In this document: positions 29,218 to 38,203 of the stretch, in pieces
Layout of the letters: every line of letters begins with the position of its first letter
Position numbering within the stretch: the stretch's first letter is position 1
Virus record (IMG/VR): IMGVR_UViG_3300045120_000483
Location: 40,882-104,881 of that record
DNA length: 64,000 nucleotides
Direction: 5' to 3' (one strand)
Source: a virus
Notes under the pieces: generated by a model
What the model saw: only the letters and a program-made list of their open reading frames with translations
What the model was told of the DNA's origin: nothing
Database searches by the model: none
Position numbers and translations under genes: made by a program

Positions 29218-29739
29218 TTATTTCACTTTCTCTTTTTTCTTACGTAAGTATTCTTCGAACTCCGTTATAACTTTATCGGTGTATTCGTTATCCGTCGAAT
29301 CTCTTGAAAAGTTGCCAGTAACCTCATCAATGGTATGAAGCTCCCGGTAATTCTTGTGTTTTATGTAATTCTGTTTCTTCTCTATATTGATCCTATTTTG
29401 AAAGGCATGGTAGGCAATCATTGTAAAATAATTAAAAATGTTATTGGTCTTGGTAATCTTGGCGGGATCAAACTTCGTAATAGCTCTGCAACAAACCTCA
29501 ATGGCATCATCCACCATTGCCTCTTTCCAATTGTTCGTATAGCGAATGAACTTCGGGTGGTTGGAAAGACCGTTACAAAGGTCAAAAATATACATTCCAA
29601 AAACGTTGGGCTGATTGGGTATGATCTGCCCGTTCTCCCGGCAGAACCGGGCCCTCTCTTGATATTCCAGAACGACTTTTTCTAGGTCTTCTTTTTGAAT
29701 GTAAAATTTGTTGGGATCAGACGGCTTCTTTTTTCTCAT
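29218..29739 (-). CDS. 55: late sigma factor gp55
   Basis: PKFIRYT..WKEAMVDDAIE..FDP...FNYFTMIAYHAF..RI..EKKQ. Confidence 0.93.
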   Translation of the reverse strand: MRKKKPSDPNKFYIQKEDLEKVVLEYQERARFCRENGQIIPNQPNVFGMYIFDLCNGLSNHPKFIRYTNNWKEAMVDDAIEVCCRAITKFDPAKITKTNNIFNYFTMIAYHAFQNRINIEKKQNYIKHKNYRELHTIDEVTGNFSRDSTDNEYTDKVITEFEEYLRKKKEKVK

Positions 29740-31189
29740 TAAGTCCTATTTGGTAAAGTTTGTAATCGTATTGTTCTTCATTATAAAGCTTAATTCTCTC
29801 CATGCTATGTTTAATGATAGTATTCGGTCTATCCTTATAAGTCATATCATCAGCAATATCATAAAGTGTACAAGTTTGACCTTTGTATTTCCTCAGACCT
29901 CTTCCGATAGACTGAAGGACCTTGATTTTTGATTTGTAGGGACTACCGAATATGATGTGTTTCAGGGTCGGAGCATCAAACCCCTCCGACACACACCCGT
30001 AACTCCCCAACAAAACAGCATTGGACTGGTTTGCCAGCTTGGCCCTGATAAGCTCCCGCTCATTCAATCCGGTACCTCCATAAATCAAATGAAGGGGACG
30101 ATCCGGGGGAAGGAGCTTCTTCAGGTCCTCATAAAGAATTTTGCCATGTTTATCCACAAGGCGGAAAAGAATTATTGTATTCCCTTTAAGGGATAATGTC
30201 AAGTTGTTTATGTATCTCTTTCGACATTCTTGAGAAAGTATATATTCTAGCTCAGCGGGATAATCCGGATGATATCCCAGACCCTTACAGATAGGGTCCG
30301 GATACCTCAGGGATAGCACTTTTATCTTAAGTTGGGCAACATCTCCCCTGTCCATCAGTTCTTTGGTAGTTACGACCTTATGAATAGGGCCCAGAAGTCC
30401 TTCTATTACCCACTGGTTCATTTCAACATCATCTAGGGTACCGGTGAAGCCATAGCGGTATTCGACGCCCCTACAGGCCTCTAAAACGTTCTTAATAGAT
30501 TGGGACTTCGCTCCATGGACCTCATCGACCATAACCAGTTCAAATTGGTTAAAATATTCCGGGGGTTCCTGATAAATCGACTGCCAAGTGCTGACCACAA
30601 TCGTTTTGTCTGTTTTTTTAGATTGTCCCTCATAGATCGGATGAACTTCCCGGGGGTCCAGGCCATATTCTTTAAAATGCCCAATTAGCTGTTCAACCAA
30701 CCCAATCCGGGGGACGATAATCAGGGTCTTCATTCCCATGAAGTATCGCACCAAAAGATAGATAATCAGGCTTTTACCGGATGCAGTCGGAGAGATATAG
30801 ACCCCCCGCTTCTCCCGGGCGGCCTTGATGAAAGTGTCTAGCTGATAATCTCTAACAGGAAAAGGAAGCTTCAGGGATTTGATGAAATCCTCTGCTTCAA
30901 CAACGGAGAACTCATTCTGAATGATAGGATTGGCAAACTCAACGGAATAACCATTATCCTTCGCGAAATGCTCCAGATGATGACGTAGCCCCGCATAAAG
31001 CCGGGACCTACCCTTCTGGAAAAGATGTAATTTTCCGTCCCAGTTCTTCAGACGGGGCGACCTCTTCCTCATGTGTTCCGCGTTGGGAACATCAAAGGTA
31101 AAGGCGTCGTAAAGCTCCAGGGCTATGTGTTCTTCGCACTCAATTCGATCATAAACTGAATTTACCGAAAATACTTTAATGTCAGACAC
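29717..31189 (-). CDS. uvsW: DNA helicase UvsW
   Basis: WDGK, RDYQ, SPTASGKS, DEVH, GFTGT, QSIGRGLR. Confidence 0.97.
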   Translation of the reverse strand: MSDIKVFSVNSVYDRIECEEHIALELYDAFTFDVPNAEHMRKRSPRLKNWDGKLHLFQKGRSRLYAGLRHHLEHFAKDNGYSVEFANPIIQNEFSVVEAEDFIKSLKLPFPVRDYQLDTFIKAAREKRGVYISPTASGKSLIIYLLVRYFMGMKTLIIVPRIGLVEQLIGHFKEYGLDPREVHPIYEGQSKKTDKTIVVSTWQSIYQEPPEYFNQFELVMVDEVHGAKSQSIKNVLEACRGVEYRYGFTGTLDDVEMNQWVIEGLLGPIHKVVTTKELMDRGDVAQLKIKVLSLRYPDPICKGLGYHPDYPAELEYILSQECRKRYINNLTLSLKGNTIILFRLVDKHGKILYEDLKKLLPPDRPLHLIYGGTGLNERELIRAKLANQSNAVLLGSYGCVSEGFDAPTLKHIIFGSPYKSKIKVLQSIGRGLRKYKGQTCTLYDIADDMTYKDRPNTIIKHSMERIKLYNEEQYDYKLYQIGLNEKKEAV

Positions 31190-32015
31190 TTACAGTTGTA
31201 TTTACACTCCTATAATTCTCTTCAGCTACTTCACTGACAGCTACAACAATTTTTTCAATATCAGCACAATAATGACCGGCCGAATGAAAGTCACCCATTT
31301 CTATAATTTTCAATTCCCCATCCTCCATCGCTCCAATATCAAGAACCAAAACCAGGGTCGGATTCCACTCTCTTATTCGCTCTTCCGCAAAAGTAATTAC
31401 TTGTGGAGGTACATAAGGACTTTTTCTTAATTGCCCATCTACCCGATAGAGACTTCCGGTAACAACCTTTCCATCCACAATAAACAACCTCCATTCCTGT
31501 TCGATCACCTTAGGTAGGGAAACAGCAATTAAGAGGGACCCATCAAATTCATATCCACCTTTGCAAATTTCTTCAGACCATTTACAAAGGGAATTCACTG
31601 TCATAAGCATCCCATCAAACTGCTTCATATCCCCATTAGGACGAACAAAAACCTTATCATTTTGTCTATATGAAAAAAGTTTTGTTGAAACTACCCCAAG
31701 AGGAAGAATACTGGCATCATGATTGACCATGTACGGACCCCAATGATCTAAATAATTCTTTACCGTAAAAATATTCTCATCAAAAAAAGCCCCCGGGCTC
31801 CATCGGCCGGAATCCACTACATTTTTAATAAAACGGGTAGAACCATAAGCAATAATTGGACCATCATGATTTATAACAAGAAGACCTTCCGGACCCGTGA
31901 ACGGAATTACAACAATACCTTGAAATGATCGACCATGCTTAATACAAGCTGCTTGTATAGCAGCAGAACTATCCTCATTTAGTAAATTAGATTGGACTAC
32001 CCAAAGAGCTTTCAT
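31182..32015 (-). CDS. ATP-grasp (R2K / DUF4343-like) protein
   Basis: FVRP...KQFDG, EWRLFIVDGKVV.GSLY, VLDIG, KIIE. Confidence 0.85.
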   Translation of the reverse strand: MKALWVVQSNLLNEDSSAAIQAACIKHGRSFQGIVVIPFTGPEGLLVINHDGPIIAYGSTRFIKNVVDSGRWSPGAFFDENIFTVKNYLDHWGPYMVNHDASILPLGVVSTKLFSYRQNDKVFVRPNGDMKQFDGMLMTVNSLCKWSEEICKGGYEFDGSLLIAVSLPKVIEQEWRLFIVDGKVVTGSLYRVDGQLRKSPYVPPQVITFAEERIREWNPTLVLVLDIGAMEDGELKIIEMGDFHSAGHYCADIEKIVVAVSEVAEENYRSVNTTVSV

Positions 32016-32016
32016 T

Positions 32017-32259
32017 TCATTTCCCTTCTTTCCAATCCTGCCAAGAAATATATTTTCCTTTCGAAAAAGTCCTTAATTGCTTTCCTCTATCTAAATGATA
32101 GAGGATATCAGTTGGATCATTGAACCACATCTCAAAGAAACACTCCGGATCAGTCGCGTGATTATCCAGACATTCCTGACAAAACCCCAGGCTATAAGGT
32201 GCGGATGTCGCATACACACCAACTATCGGCCGCTCCCTATCACAAATTCCACAGTTCAT
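32017..32259 (-). CDS. small Zn-finger protein
   Basis: CGIC...CQEC. Confidence 0.55.
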   Translation of the reverse strand: MNCGICDRERPIVGVYATSAPYSLGFCQECLDNHATDPECFFEMWFNDPTDILYHLDRGKQLRTFSKGKYISWQDWKEGK

Positions 32260-32376
32260 TTCTTTCCAAACCTTTTATTCATCCAATCCGATATTAGAAT
32301 AATCAACGAAATTATCATTCTTAAGATAAATTCCACGATTGACCAAAATTTATGTTTTTTATCCCACCGGTACGGC

Positions 32377-32799
32377 TCACCCATTTTTCATCTTCTCTTC
32401 CAGAATCGCATTACGACGGGCCTGAATATGTTCAGAAAAGTCATTATCCAGGTTACTAGCAGAAGTGTGATACCTAGAAAGATGATCCAGGACCCGGTTA
32501 TCGCCAAAATGATAAGTGCGTATGACCTCTTGGTTTTTAACCCTTCCAGGCTGGTCTTTATTGATCTGAGCAACAATCCAGGGCTCCAATAGCTTTCCCA
32601 ACGCCGAAAAGGCCTCAGAGAAGTTCTGCTTCCGGCTGCGTTGCCGCTGTCCGGTGGTTTTCAGACCGGACGGAATGTGAGTGACCCGGCAACAAGCCTG
32701 AGATTTATTCCGGTTTTGGCCGCCGTTCCCTGTTCCGGAAAACCACTCTATCCGGAAGTCTTTTCGGGTGTAACAATATCGTTCGATTCGTTCTGCCAT
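32377..32799 (-). CDS. truncated class I release factor / peptidyl-tRNA hydrolase (GGQ)
   Basis: SGTGNGGQNRNK, RVTHIPSG, RSRKQN, IRTYHFGDNRVLDH. Confidence 0.9.
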   Translation of the reverse strand: MAERIERYCYTRKDFRIEWFSGTGNGGQNRNKSQACCRVTHIPSGLKTTGQRQRSRKQNFSEAFSALGKLLEPWIVAQINKDQPGRVKNQEVIRTYHFGDNRVLDHLSRYHTSASNLDNDFSEHIQARRNAILEEKMKNG

Positions 32800-33149
32800 G
32801 GATGCCGTTCCGGGTTAGGTACAACAATGAATTCATGATCACTCACAAAGGAGTATTGAATAATCTGGCTGTCGTCGGGAGGGACAGAATTGTACTTCAC
32901 CCAAGCCACAAATATTCCAATCCCCCGGTCGCGACTAACAACAGAATCATTGATTACTCCTCCCTGTTTAAGTAGGGCCAGAACCAACCAAATCCGACTA
33001 TGAGTGTAAATATCATAGGAATTCTCCACAGCCTCTTTCAAAGCCGTAAAGACCGTAATGCGGGGGTCCTCAGTCGCTAGAGAAAGGCGGGGGAGAAGAC
33101 TTACAAGGGCAGTTGCCGCCACACCCCGAAGCAGATTTCGTCTGTTCAT
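32748..33149 (-). CDS. Tat-signal hypothetical protein
   Basis: MNRRNLLRG...SLA signal. Confidence 0.6.
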   Translation of the reverse strand: MNRRNLLRGVAATALVSLLPRLSLATEDPRITVFTALKEAVENSYDIYTHSRIWLVLALLKQGGVINDSVVSRDRGIGIFVAWVKYNSVPPDDSQIIQYSFVSDHEFIVVPNPERHPWQNESNDIVTPEKTSG

Positions 33150-33272
33150 TGATCTCTCCTATGACCTGTTCAAGATTATTTCGGGCGTCCTGCACGTCCA
33201 TCACATCACCGAATCGCGTCCTAGCTGTGATTAACTGGTCGATAGCCTCAACTAAATCTCTGGCTACCCTCA

Positions 33273-33464
33273 TTATATATTCCTTTGTGACATAAGGTCA
33301 ATAAGGATTCGAACCGACTGAGCCAGAACTTGAATGCATTCATTCTGAGCTTGAATGACTAAAGCTAGATCGATAATTTTCTGTCCTAGGAATTCTTGTC
33401 GGGCTTTCAAGTCTTCGATTTCTTGGGCCACGCTAAAAATGGTTGGAGATGGTTCGTCTGTCAC
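33273..33464 (-). CDS. hypothetical coiled-coil protein
   Basis: coupled ORF. Confidence 0.5.
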   Translation of the reverse strand: MTDEPSPTIFSVAQEIEDLKARQEFLGQKIIDLALVIQAQNECIQVLAQSVRILIDLMSQRNI

Positions 33465-33661
33465 GTAATTTTCCTTCTGTGACTATTGGTATACAACGGT
33501 ACATCCTGGGAAAGGAGGATAAGAGACTTTTCCAAACGATTGTACTTCTCTTCCAACGTTTGATATTGTTCTTTTGTTACAAACCTGTCGTTTAATATCT
33601 CCAGGACAAGTTCGCCTAAACGAATACCCAAAGCCTGAGCTTCTTCTACATGTCCCATCAA
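33461..33661 (-). CDS. hypothetical protein
   Basis: coupled to uvsY. Confidence 0.5.
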   Translation of the reverse strand: MMGHVEEAQALGIRLGELVLEILNDRFVTKEQYQTLEEKYNRLEKSLILLSQDVPLYTNSHRRKIT

Positions 33662-34089
33662 TATTGTCCTTCCTTGAATCTCTCATGCTGCATTAGATTG
33701 TTGATGGCTCTGATATGCTCCGCCACCTGTCGAATGACCAGTTTGGCACACTCCACCCTTAATTCCAGGGCTGAGATGTTCTCTACAAGAACCAACACGT
33801 CTTCGTCCGCATCCACATAGGTCGGAACCTCTGTCTTCAGAATCTTTCCGGAGGCTGGCATTTTCCAACCGGGGCGGGCTTTCGCGGGCCCATACATATA
33901 ATGTTCATGCTTTTCCAACCGAAGCTTCTTCATTTGGCCTTCCAGGCCCCGAAGAGAAGCAACCGCTGAAACATATTCTCTTAAATACTTAGCATGAAGC
34001 CGAAGGGCTTCTTCTTGGGATTTTCGATAGTTAGTGGGATCGACAACGGTGTCTTTGTCCCATTGTTCTAATAGATTGGTTAGGTTCAT
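33658..34089 (-). CDS. uvsY: recombination mediator UvsY
   Basis: W.KD..VD...LHAKYL...Y.G...LKTEV.TYVDADED...F.EG. Confidence 0.9.
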   Translation of the reverse strand: MNLTNLLEQWDKDTVVDPTNYRKSQEEALRLHAKYLREYVSAVASLRGLEGQMKKLRLEKHEHYMYGPAKARPGWKMPASGKILKTEVPTYVDADEDVLVLVENISALELRVECAKLVIRQVAEHIRAINNLMQHERFKEGQY

Positions 34090-34096
34090 GTTATCA

Positions 34097-34125
34097 TTTA
34101 TATCTGAAAATCAACGGCTTGTCAA
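34097..34125 (-). promoter_or_regulatory. uvsY promoter
   Basis: TTGACA-N17-TATAAA; back-to-back with + promoter at 34138. Confidence 0.6.
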
Positions 34126-34137
34126 GTGAAAAAAGTC

Positions 34138-34166
34138 TTGACAAGAAATGCCATTTCTACTATTAT
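34138..34166 (+). promoter_or_regulatory. sigma70-like promoter
   Basis: TTGACA-N17-TATTAT. Confidence 0.65.
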
Positions 34167-34187
34167 CCCCAAATCGGAGGAAAACAA

Positions 34188-34652
34188 ATGACCGCCACAA
34201 TCTTCATAATCTCAGTAATGGTCATGAGCTTTCTCCTGGAAAAGGACCATGGCGATAAAGACGTTGCCCTCACCCCGGCTTGGTACCAACATCAGTTTCG
34301 GAGGATTTTCAGAATGAACACCTATACCTACACAACCGTAGATAGCAGGGTCTTTGTCATCCGGAATGGCATTGGTCAAGGCTATATCGATGAGACCCCG
34401 AATTCATATGTGATGGTCATCCATGGCTTTGATTCAACCTTTAATAGCATGAAACCCAAAAGCCTGGATGATGTCAAGAAACTGTTCAATGTCATCCAAT
34501 CCAGCCTGAACCCCCACTTTGGTAGGGACCTTGCCCGGGATGTAGCAAATCTGCCTGTTTCGAAAAATTATAGCAAACTTACCAGTTTCGAAAAAGCATG
34601 TAATGAACGTAGTTCAAGCAGGCCTGAGGCCTGCTTAGGCAAGAGCCTATAA
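34188..34652 (+). CDS. hypothetical protein (start 34188 or 34314)
   Basis: GGAGG RBS before both ATGs. Confidence 0.5.
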   Translation: MTATIFIISVMVMSFLLEKDHGDKDVALTPAWYQHQFRRIFRMNTYTYTTVDSRVFVIRNGIGQGYIDETPNSYVMVIHGFDSTFNSMKPKSLDDVKKLFNVIQSSLNPHFGRDLARDVANLPVSKNYSKLTSFEKACNERSSSRPEACLGKSL

Positions 34653-34689
34653 TGTTGTTTTTATTACATAATTATTATCTTATTCTTAA

Positions 34690-35140
34690 CAGCAATTGCC
34701 TGTGTTCGGAACGCACTTTTGGCTCCCTGACCAAAAGTGTACTTCCTAGGATAGGTTTTGCCTATGCGTCCCGGAGATAGCACATCGATTTGAACAACTC
34801 TCAAGCGGAGAGGAAAGCGCGGTTGCGCGGCTACTTTTTATGTTCAGGTTTTTCAACCCCAACCTATCATGCCAATCGATCAACAATGATAAGTCCCCGG
34901 GTCGCAAGTGAGACGTTGCCCGGTCGTGCTCCGATAATCAAATCGGAACTTGTCGTAAAGCATCATACCCCAGGCCTTGGGAAGCCTTTTCAAATAGGGA
35001 TAACCGCCGCTTTCGCCCGGGGGAGATTCGATAGATCGTTTTCAAAATACGATCACCACTTCAACATGACACGAAAGTTTCAATTTTTGAATGTATGTTA
35101 CTTATGTACGTATGTGAAATGTTTATATATTTTACTTATG
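34690..35140 (-). ncRNA. candidate large structured RNA / origin transcript
   Basis: promoter 35148-35176 (TTGACA-N17-TCTAAT), about 10 hairpins, no credible ORF. Confidence 0.45.
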
Positions 35141-35210
35141 AACGCCTATTAGAACACATCTGGAGGGACGTGTCAAGCCTTTATTTATTCTCTATTCAAA
35201 TGTAATACAG

Positions 35211-35741
35211 TTACAGGTCGCTACCTGATTGATAATCCCAATTGATATACGCAAATGTAGCATTACATTTGATGTGCTTGACCCCGGTAGCTGAGCTAGT
35301 GAAGACTATTTTTGACACTGAGATGGGGAAGGCATCGTAGTAGGTTATGTTGAAATTGGCATTCCTAGCCGAATCCAGGACAGAGACAACAATGTCGCTC
35401 TTGACCCCCAGACCGGTCCATTGGGGTTGATCGTCCAGGGCCTTGTATTGCTCAAAGTTATCGGCATGAGAAATGGACCTTATCCAGGAATGAACTTCTA
35501 TCCAGTTTAAAAAATCTTCATCGACCAGAAAGGTGATCGAAAGAGGATCGAAATCCAGATGATCTCCGGGTTCTGGAATGGGGACGAAGGGGGTAGATGC
35601 GGCCGGGGAAGGTAGATTGCAGCCCGGAAGCTCCACGTCTGTACAGAGAAAATTCAGGGTCGGGGTCCTTTTCATCAACACCCTGAAATTGATTTGAGAG
35701 AGCAGATTGGGGTTGATGATGTTATTTTGAAGAGCGGTCAT
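35211..35741 (-). CDS. 3: tail tube terminator / sheath stabiliser gp3
   Basis: NLLSQINFR..PTLNF...LPG...PGD.L.FDPLSITFLVDEDF.NW.EV..W...DAFP.S; late promoter 35747-35754. Confidence 0.85.
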   Translation of the reverse strand: MTALQNNIINPNLLSQINFRVLMKRTPTLNFLCTDVELPGCNLPSPAASTPFVPIPEPGDHLDFDPLSITFLVDEDFLNWIEVHSWIRSISHADNFEQYKALDDQPQWTGLGVKSDIVVSVLDSARNANFNITYYDAFPISVSKIVFTSSATGVKHIKCNATFAYINWDYQSGSDL

Positions 35742-35820
35742 AATGATATTTAGCCCTTGACAAATCGTATAGATGAGATATTGTGTTATATTCAATTGAT
35801 TTTATGAAAGGGAGGAAATT

Positions 35821-36450
35821 ATGAAATTATACAAGTTGACTGATGAAAATTTTCAGACCAAAAACCAGACTCAATGGGGGGAGAACGTCACCCATGAAAC
35901 TGGTGGGGAAGGTGACCTATGCGGCCCCGGTTGGCTTCATGCCTACCTGAATCCTTATCTGGCGGTCCTTCTCTCCCCTTTACATGTTTTCTTTGAGCAT
36001 CCTGTTCTTTGGGAGGCGGAGGGGGATGGGACATTCAAATACGAACGCCAGCTTAAGGTGGGTTGTACTAAACTAACAACCCTCAAACAGATACCAATGC
36101 CGGTTGTAATGACTGATGATATAGGATCAAATTTGCTATTCTTTGTGCCAAAAAGGTTTGTAATGATGAGAAGTGGAACCTATGGGCCGACAAGTGGTTG
36201 AGCGGGGAAGATAGGAGCAGTGAGGCTACTTATGCTGCCTATGCTGTTAATGCTGCTACTTATGCAGCTAATGCTGCTACTTATGCAGCTAATGCTGCTA
36301 CTTATGCTGCTGCTGCTACTTATGCTGCTGCTGCTGCTAATGCTGCTGCTAATGCTGCTACTTATGCAGCTAATGCCGCTCATTATGCTGTTGGTGCTGG
36401 TGGTGTCCTTTTCGATCTTCTTGAGATTGTCAAGGAAATGTGGTCAGAAT
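35821..36450 (+). pseudogene. frameshifted conserved phage protein with Ala-rich tail
   Basis: removing AT at 36121-36122 joins ORF 35821 to RIKFAILCAKKVCNDEKWNLWADKWLSGEDRS and the 36198 ORF. Confidence 0.7.
36226..36390 (+). repeat. low-complexity GCT/TAT/AAT repeat (AATYAAN)
   Basis: repeated TATGCAGCTAATGCTGCTACT-like units. Confidence 0.85.
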
Positions 36451-36455
36451 AAATA
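36448..36455 (+). promoter_or_regulatory. T4-type late promoter AATAAATA
   Basis: upstream of GAGGAG RBS and ATG 36473. Confidence 0.6.
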
Positions 36456-36472
36456 TACGTAGAGGAGTACTC

Positions 36473-37090
36473 ATGACCCGAAAGTTTTCCAGTTTCCTGA
36501 ACGAAGCCGCCCGAAAGTCCCTAAGCCGGGTACAATCTAAATTTGCCAATTCCAACGTGGGAATTATTACGGCCCACCGGGGTAATTACGACGACAAACC
36601 CGCCGAAGAGCACGCAGCCCATAACAATGTTCAGAATGGATACTTAGCTAAAGATATCCGTGCTCATGGTTTTGGGTTCCAACATATTCGGGGTCGTTTT
36701 ATTGAAAAACACGGTACCCCTGCGGCTCATCCGGTCGATGAGCACTCCTTCCTGGTCAGTCATCCCAACGCAAACAAGCTGAAGCACTTCCTAACGAAGC
36801 ACGGGGAGAAGTATGGTCAGGATTCGGTGCTGTTCAAGCACAAGGATTCGGAGCACGCCCACCTGATCGGGACCAAGGAAGGGGCCTTCCCCGGTAAGGG
36901 AGTAGAGCACTCCGTTGGTAAATTCCATGCCAATCGGTTTCCGGAGTTTCATAGTCTATTGCACCGGGGCGGGGATGCCAAGCCGGGGAAGACTGCCTCC
37001 ACCAAAAAAGGCTTTGCCTTTGAGGATTATGAGAACTTTGGGGTCTATATGCCGATTAGTTGGTTTTCCCGCCGGGAAGAACTCTATTAA
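36473..37090 (+). CDS. SAM-lyase (T3 SAMase)-like protein with capsid-targeting-like leader
   Basis: IITAHR..N..N..L..DIR..G.F.E..DEHSFLV..KYGQDSVLF..AHLIG aligns by eye with T3 SAMase motifs; MTRKFSSFLNE leader. Confidence 0.55.
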   Translation: MTRKFSSFLNEAARKSLSRVQSKFANSNVGIITAHRGNYDDKPAEEHAAHNNVQNGYLAKDIRAHGFGFQHIRGRFIEKHGTPAAHPVDEHSFLVSHPNANKLKHFLTKHGEKYGQDSVLFKHKDSEHAHLIGTKEGAFPGKGVEHSVGKFHANRFPEFHSLLHRGGDAKPGKTASTKKGFAFEDYENFGVYMPISWFSRREELY

Positions 37091-37161
37091 GAAATAGCAT
37101 TCTCTTCTTGACAGAACTGTTTCTTTCTGGTAGTCTGATTCTCTCTTAAAGGAGGTAAACC

Positions 37162-37368
37162 ATGGTTCAATCAATTCAAGAAAAACGTCAGTATACCGCT
37201 CTATTGGACTGTCCCCACGACGTTCTTCTGCTGAACGTTCGCAACGTCTATTTTTGTCGGGAATGTGGGGGAGAGGTATCGTTTCGGTGTGTGCGTATCG
37301 CGGTGCCGGGACAGGTTCTTCAAGAAGACGATAAGATTACCTTTTGTGAAGGGGAGAAATCCCTTTGA
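37162..37368 (+). CDS. small Cys-rich protein
   Basis: AAGGAGG RBS; promoter at about 37108. Confidence 0.6.
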   Translation: MVQSIQEKRQYTALLDCPHDVLLLNVRNVYFCRECGGEVSFRCVRIAVPGQVLQEDDKITFCEGEKSL

Positions 37369-37391
37369 GCTACTAAAAAGGAGGATATATC

Positions 37392-37634
37392 ATGTTTGGG
37401 AATAGGTCTGACCGGTATGAGGTCGGGGACGTTGTGAAGTTTCGGATATTTGACCCTGATTTTCCGGAACTGGTGGAGTGGGCGGAAGTAGTAGATGCCC
37501 TTCAACAAAATTTGGGGACCAAACCCTACAGGGTAACGAACATAGAGGACACTAAATTCAAAGCTCATCCTCAGTTTCTTACTATCAACGATGCTTTTAC
37601 TTATTCCGGCTGGTGGTTTGAACCGCTTCGATAA
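37392..37634 (+). CDS. hypothetical protein
   Basis: GAGG RBS. Confidence 0.6.
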   Translation: MFGNRSDRYEVGDVVKFRIFDPDFPELVEWAEVVDALQQNLGTKPYRVTNIEDTKFKAHPQFLTINDAFTYSGWWFEPLR

Positions 37635-37642
37635 ATAGGGAT

Positions 37643-37807
37643 ATGGGAAAGAAAAAAGCAGGACAACATGCCACTACCTGCAAGGCATATAAGGCCGGTA
37701 AGAGACGCGAAAAGAATAAGGTTCTCAAGCTACGGCGGCATTTGAAGCGTTTTGGGGATGATGCGGCGGCCCAGGCTTCTCTTGAAAAATATCAAAAAAT
37801 AGCATAA
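37643..37807 (+). CDS. 54-aa basic protein
   Basis: MGKKKAGQH...KLRRHLKRFGDDAAAQ; GATAAATA directly upstream. Confidence 0.55.
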   Translation: MGKKKAGQHATTCKAYKAGKRREKNKVLKLRRHLKRFGDDAAAQASLEKYQKIA

Positions 37808-37815
37808 AAAGACGC

Positions 37816-37844
37816 TTGACAGGGGGTTCGGTTTAGAGTAGACT
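37816..37844 (+). promoter_or_regulatory. sigma70-like promoter of ncRNA cluster
   Basis: TTGACA-N17-TAGACT. Confidence 0.6.
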
Positions 37845-37864
37845 CCAAAATATAGAGAGTGATC

Positions 37865-38082
37865 AAGAGGGGGAGAGATACCCCCGACATCCTAGTCAGG
37901 GGATTAGTCACAACCTGACACAACCCGGAGGCGTGTCATGTAACAAGAATCTCAGCTTTTGGACAGTAGTAATAGATAAAAAGTTGAAGTTTTGTGTTAT
38001 AATTGGTCGGGTGTCAAGTGTATGAGGGGGATGGAGGGCTTTAAGCTTAAGTCCCGACAGAGGCCTGTTGAAGTCCCCCTCT
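37865..38082 (+). ncRNA. candidate multi-stem ncRNA
   Basis: closing stem AAGAGGGG/CCCCTCTT; internal stems CCCGAC/GTCGGG, TGACAC/GTGTCA, TCAGCTTTT/AAAAGTTGA. Confidence 0.5.
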
Positions 38083-38091
38083 TCTAAAATC

Positions 38092-38195
38092 AGTATTCTC
38101 AAGCGGGAGGGTGTGGACCTTTACCTCCTTTCAGGTCCACCGGCCCCTAACACCCGGGTAACCACTAGTTAACCACCCTCCTACTTGAGGATATT
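38092..38195 (+). ncRNA. candidate sRNA with anti-SD loop
   Basis: 22-bp basal stem; TGGACCT-[TTACCTCCTTTC]-AGGTCCA hairpin. Confidence 0.6.
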
Positions 38196-38203
38196 CTGGA
38201 ATG

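Noticed and set aside
36226-36390. CRISPR-like array or DGR template
   Set aside because: Trinucleotide-based Ala-rich coding repeat with no spacers; no reverse transcriptase in the window
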